Assembly: GCA_944359065.1 (NCBI GenBank) | Contig: CALVSP010000002.1 | Coordinates: 1 to 61,678, forward strand | Length of the DNA: 61,678 nucleotides | Origin: an uncultured Bacilli bacterium | GTDB taxonomy: Bacteria > Bacillota_I > Bacilli_A > RF39 > UBA660 | Direction of reading: 5' to 3' | Shown: positions 58,586-61,678 of the stretch, piece by piece | How positions within the stretch are numbered: the stretch's first letter is position 1 | How the letters are laid out: each line of letters begins with the position of its first letter | The notes under the pieces: model-generated | The model's database searches: none | The model's input: the letters and a program-made list of their open reading frames with translations, nothing else | Told to the model about the DNA's origin: nothing | Made by a program: the position numbers and the translations under genes

Positions 58586-58837
58586 ATGAAAAAAAATCGT
58601 GATTGTGGTATGCAATATATGGGGGCTATGCCAATGATGCCAATGATGCCAATACCAAATCAAATGCCTTACCAAATGAATAATTATCCTATGAATTATT
58701 CTAATAACCAAATGAGTAATCAAAATGTTAATAATGATTTTATTACACAATTAAGCAACTTAGAAAAAAGAGTAAGTGCTTTAGAAGCAGTAGTTAATAA
58801 CAATCCTTATAACAATTCAAATTATCAAATGATGTAA
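58586..58837 (+). CDS. Met/Pro/Asn-rich low-complexity protein
   Basis: 83 aa. The RBS AAAGGAGGAAAC precedes the ATG. The overlapping minus-strand ORF 58544..58750 is a shadow. Confidence 0.5.
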   Translation: MKKNRDCGMQYMGAMPMMPMMPIPNQMPYQMNNYPMNYSNNQMSNQNVNNDFITQLSNLEKRVSALEAVVNNNPYNNSNYQMM

Positions 58838-58848
58838 AAAAACAAACG

Positions 58849-60708
58849 CTAAAGTTTGTTTTTGTTTATAGATGAATATTTTGAATGCATATTTTTTTTA
58901 GTTAAATATGCGGTATTAATAGTATAAATTATCGAATCATATAAATCATAAATATAATCATCTATTTTAACTACCCGGCTTAAATTATAATCACAATCTA
59001 AACTAATCGAATAAATTATATATTTATTCATATCTTTTGGTAAATCTTCAATATTAAAAGTATAAAACTTTTCCATATATCTTTTAAAACCATTCCATTT
59101 TGAATATTCCATACAACCTAAAGAAGTTCTTTTATAAAATTTAATATAATAAATAAATGAAATAATTGCAATAAACAATACGATTATTGAAGAATAATAT
59201 ATATCTTTACCAATTAAAAATAAACTTATTACTATTCCAATTAATGAATAAATAATGCCGATTAATTTAACTGAAAAAGTATCACTAAAAAATCCTTTAT
59301 CTTCAGCTTCATTAGTCGCTAAATTAAGCCAATTAGAATATAAATTTAAAAACTCTTCATAATTTTTAGCCTTATGTTCAAAATTAATTAAACTTATTTC
59401 CTTTTTATCATCGAATAACAGTTTTAATAACCATTCTTCGCTTGGTAATATTTCTTTATATTTACCTTTTTTTAATATATAATCGTTTTTATTTTTATCT
59501 AAAATTATTACTTTTTTATCTATTAAATATAATATTGAAGCAACTAAATCGTCATTAGTTATTTTTTTATGCATTAAATAACCAACAATAGTCGGGTTAT
59601 AATCGTTTGGTATTTCATCATAATATTTATATTTTATTGTTTTTCTATTATATTTTTTATAAATATTATATAAAATTATAACATTTCCTATTATCCAAAT
59701 CGTCAATATACTTGATAAAATTACTTTTATAATATCATTTTTTCGATCAATTTTTGGTTCGACATTCATAAGTCTTACTAACAATTGTGTTTTTAATTCA
59801 TCTTTATCATTTAAACTATTTACTATTTCATAAGCATTGTTATAATCATCGATATTTAAAGTGTTTTCAACTTTATTTACAGCTTCATATGCATTTTCTT
59901 TTAATTGTTCATATGTAGCACTAGTTTTATCATTAAAATCAATATTTAAATTATCCTCTAATTTAACTATTTTAGCAAATGCTTCCTGATTAGATACTTT
60001 ATTTGTTTCAATTTTATCAAACACTAATCTAAAATCAAAATATTCATTAGTGTTCATATCAGTCATATTTAGTTTTATTGTATTGTTACTTATTTTTGTT
60101 ACTTTATTATCATGGCCATGAGTCCATATTTCTAAGGTATCTTTATTATTAGGAATATTTATAATAAGTTCAAAATTATCGATTACTTCATCCATATCAT
60201 AAAAAATAGGAAACATTATTTCTGATATATCATTATGAGTAATAACGACATTTTTTAAAGTATAATCAAGATAAAAATCTTTATTCATTTTAGATGAATT
60301 ATATATTTTGATACTTTTACTATCTTCTTCATCAATTACTTTATAAACTCCATAATCGCCTTTAGTAGCATCCTTTGATTCTTTAAATAAATCTCCTGAT
60401 TCAATAATTTCAATATTTGAAATATTTGTTTTATAATCAATTGATCTTACTTCATTTAAATTAATTCCACTACCATTATAAAGTTGTTTATCAAATATTA
60501 TTAATGAATCTCCTTTATAGCCATCATAATTATTACGATATTTGATATTTCTTTCAAATCCATTATAATCGCCATTCATTTGAAACATTTCAATAACATT
60601 GATGTTACCATTTTCTAATATTGTCATCTCTATTTTATAGTTTGTAATACTATATGCTTCTACTTTAGGAATAAAAAAGAAAAATAATAATAATAGTATT
60701 TTTTTCAT
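58849..60708 (-). CDS. DUF2207-family membrane protein
   Basis: 619 aa with a signal peptide, an extracytoplasmic beta domain and C-terminal TMs. It is downstream of lemA, a typical pair. Confidence 0.7.
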   Translation of the reverse strand: MKKILLLLFFFFIPKVEAYSITNYKIEMTILENGNINVIEMFQMNGDYNGFERNIKYRNNYDGYKGDSLIIFDKQLYNGSGINLNEVRSIDYKTNISNIEIIESGDLFKESKDATKGDYGVYKVIDEEDSKSIKIYNSSKMNKDFYLDYTLKNVVITHNDISEIMFPIFYDMDEVIDNFELIINIPNNKDTLEIWTHGHDNKVTKISNNTIKLNMTDMNTNEYFDFRLVFDKIETNKVSNQEAFAKIVKLEDNLNIDFNDKTSATYEQLKENAYEAVNKVENTLNIDDYNNAYEIVNSLNDKDELKTQLLVRLMNVEPKIDRKNDIIKVILSSILTIWIIGNVIILYNIYKKYNRKTIKYKYYDEIPNDYNPTIVGYLMHKKITNDDLVASILYLIDKKVIILDKNKNDYILKKGKYKEILPSEEWLLKLLFDDKKEISLINFEHKAKNYEEFLNLYSNWLNLATNEAEDKGFFSDTFSVKLIGIIYSLIGIVISLFLIGKDIYYSSIIVLFIAIISFIYYIKFYKRTSLGCMEYSKWNGFKRYMEKFYTFNIEDLPKDMNKYIIYSISLDCDYNLSRVVKIDDYIYDLYDSIIYTINTAYLTKKNMHSKYSSINKNKL

Positions 60709-60746
60709 ACAATACCTCCTAAAAAAAACTTACAATAGTAAGCTTT

Positions 60747-61310
60747 TTAAAATTGTACTTTTGGTACTTCTTTATCAGCTTCACTAGCTTCAAAGAATGC
60801 TTCTGGTTTAAAACCAAAAATACCTGCAACGATGTTTGATGGGAACATTTCTAATTTGTTTTTATAAACAAGTACCGCATCATTATAGAATTGTCTAGCA
60901 TATTGAATCTTATCTTCAGTTTCTTTTAAATTAGCTTGTAAATCTAAGAAGTTTGTATTTGCCTTTAAATCAGGATAAGCTTCAGCAACAGCCATAAGTC
61001 TACCTAATGCTCTAGATAATTCGCCATCTGCTTTAATTTCTTCTTCAGTTGTTTTAGCTTCTACTACTCTATTTCTAGCAGCAATAACATTTTCTAATGT
61101 TTCGCTTTCGTGTTTGGCGTAACCTTTTACAGTTTCAACTAAATTAGGAATTAAATCAGTTCTTCTTTTAAGTAAAACATCGATTTGTGACCATTGATCT
61201 TTTACTTTATTTCGTAATGAAACTAAACTATTATAAGTTGTTCCAAGAAACAATAAAATTAATAATACGATAGCACCAATTACGATTAAAGCAATCATCC
61301 ATCCTTCCAT
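60747..61310 (-). CDS. lemA: LemA-family protein
   Basis: N-terminal TM, then YNSLVSLRNKV...AYPDLKAN...YARQFYN. Confidence 0.85.
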   Translation of the reverse strand: MEGWMIALIVIGAIVLLILLFLGTTYNSLVSLRNKVKDQWSQIDVLLKRRTDLIPNLVETVKGYAKHESETLENVIAARNRVVEAKTTEEEIKADGELSRALGRLMAVAEAYPDLKANTNFLDLQANLKETEDKIQYARQFYNDAVLVYKNKLEMFPSNIVAGIFGFKPEAFFEASEADKEVPKVQF

Positions 61311-61392
61311 ATTCTTTAACCTCCACTATCATTATATAATAATTTAAATAAAAAATAAATACATATTTTGTAAATTTTTAAACAAAATAAAA

Positions 61393-61617
61393 TTGAAAGG
61401 AATGATTATTTTGAATATCGATATAAGAAAACATATTATAAGTAATTTTAAAGATGCTGAAACTGATGAAATAAAAGCATCAATTGAATCATCTATTAAA
61501 GAAAAAGATGAAATTACATTACCTGGTTTAGGAGTATTTTTTGAACTATTATGGAGTAATAGTGATGAAAATAGTAAGGAATATATCTTAAATACATTAA
61601 AAAATTCATTAAATTAA
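61393..61617 (+). CDS. sspI: Small acid-soluble spore protein SspI-like
   Basis: LPGLGVFFELLW... matches the SspI core. The true start is probably ATG 61402 or TTG 61411, after GAAAGGA. Confidence 0.6.
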   Translation: MKGMIILNIDIRKHIISNFKDAETDEIKASIESSIKEKDEITLPGLGVFFELLWSNSDENSKEYILNTLKNSLN

Positions 61618-61678
61618 TAAAAAAAGGTTGACAAAATCAATCCTTTTGAGTTAGTATATATAGTACCAATTCGAGATA

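Noticed and set aside
39163-58750. Track ORFs 39163..39396, 41567..41830, 41953..42192, 44517..45005, 48835..49026, 50403..50618, 51119..51313, 53006..53296, 54583..54843 and 58544..58750.
   Set aside because: These are antisense shadows of supported genes. 50403..50618 and 51119..51313 are opened by the GC-rich repeat modules. 44517..45005 mirrors clpC.

Overview
AT-rich, low-GC Bacillota-like chromosomal window using the standard genetic code, since ORFs end at TGA. spoVS, sspI and YjcZ-like tiny genes indicate a spore-former. Most genes are on the minus strand and are housekeeping: sufU-cysK, spoVS, tRNA-Gly, aspS with an Asp T-box leader, tex, murT-gatD-ppa, clpC, lepB, the start of the dcw cluster (mraZ-rsmH-ftsL-pbp2B), prsA, an M23 peptidase, trmB and lemA-DUF2207. 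Two accessory regions stand out. (1) About 2.1-10.6 kb lies just 3' of tRNA-Gly. It holds a mobilizable island with a large serine recombinase, a TnpV-like gene and a relaxase. Its cargo is a translationally coupled operon of a SMODS-type nucleotidyltransferase, a 4-TM protein and an HD phosphohydrolase. A second HD gene with its own promoter follows. The island ends at a degenerate, inverted tRNA-Gly fragment and an orphan restriction-endonuclease-like gene. The NTase/4TM/HD operon is my best candidate for an undescribed nucleotide-signalling defence system. (2) About 22.4-31.1 kb holds a Bce-like peptide-antibiotic module: response regulator, histidine kinase, ABC ATPase and two paralogous FtsX permeases. 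Four TNACA-N4-TGT(C/A)A boxes lie upstream of its transcription units. Between the permeases is a 377-bp tandem duplication, and each unit is a complete promoter-RBS-terminator cassette for an identical unannotated 28-aa Cys-containing peptide. Other oddities are a GatD partner of MurT with no cysteine, a 551-aa prepilin-leader protein with GC-rich internal nucleotide repeats, a 41-bp sequence shared upstream of two nuclease-like genes, several orphan promoter/terminator pairs, and unannotated tiny genes. No CRISPR array, rRNA or prophage structural genes were seen. All family assignments come from motif recognition by eye and need HMM or BLAST confirmation.
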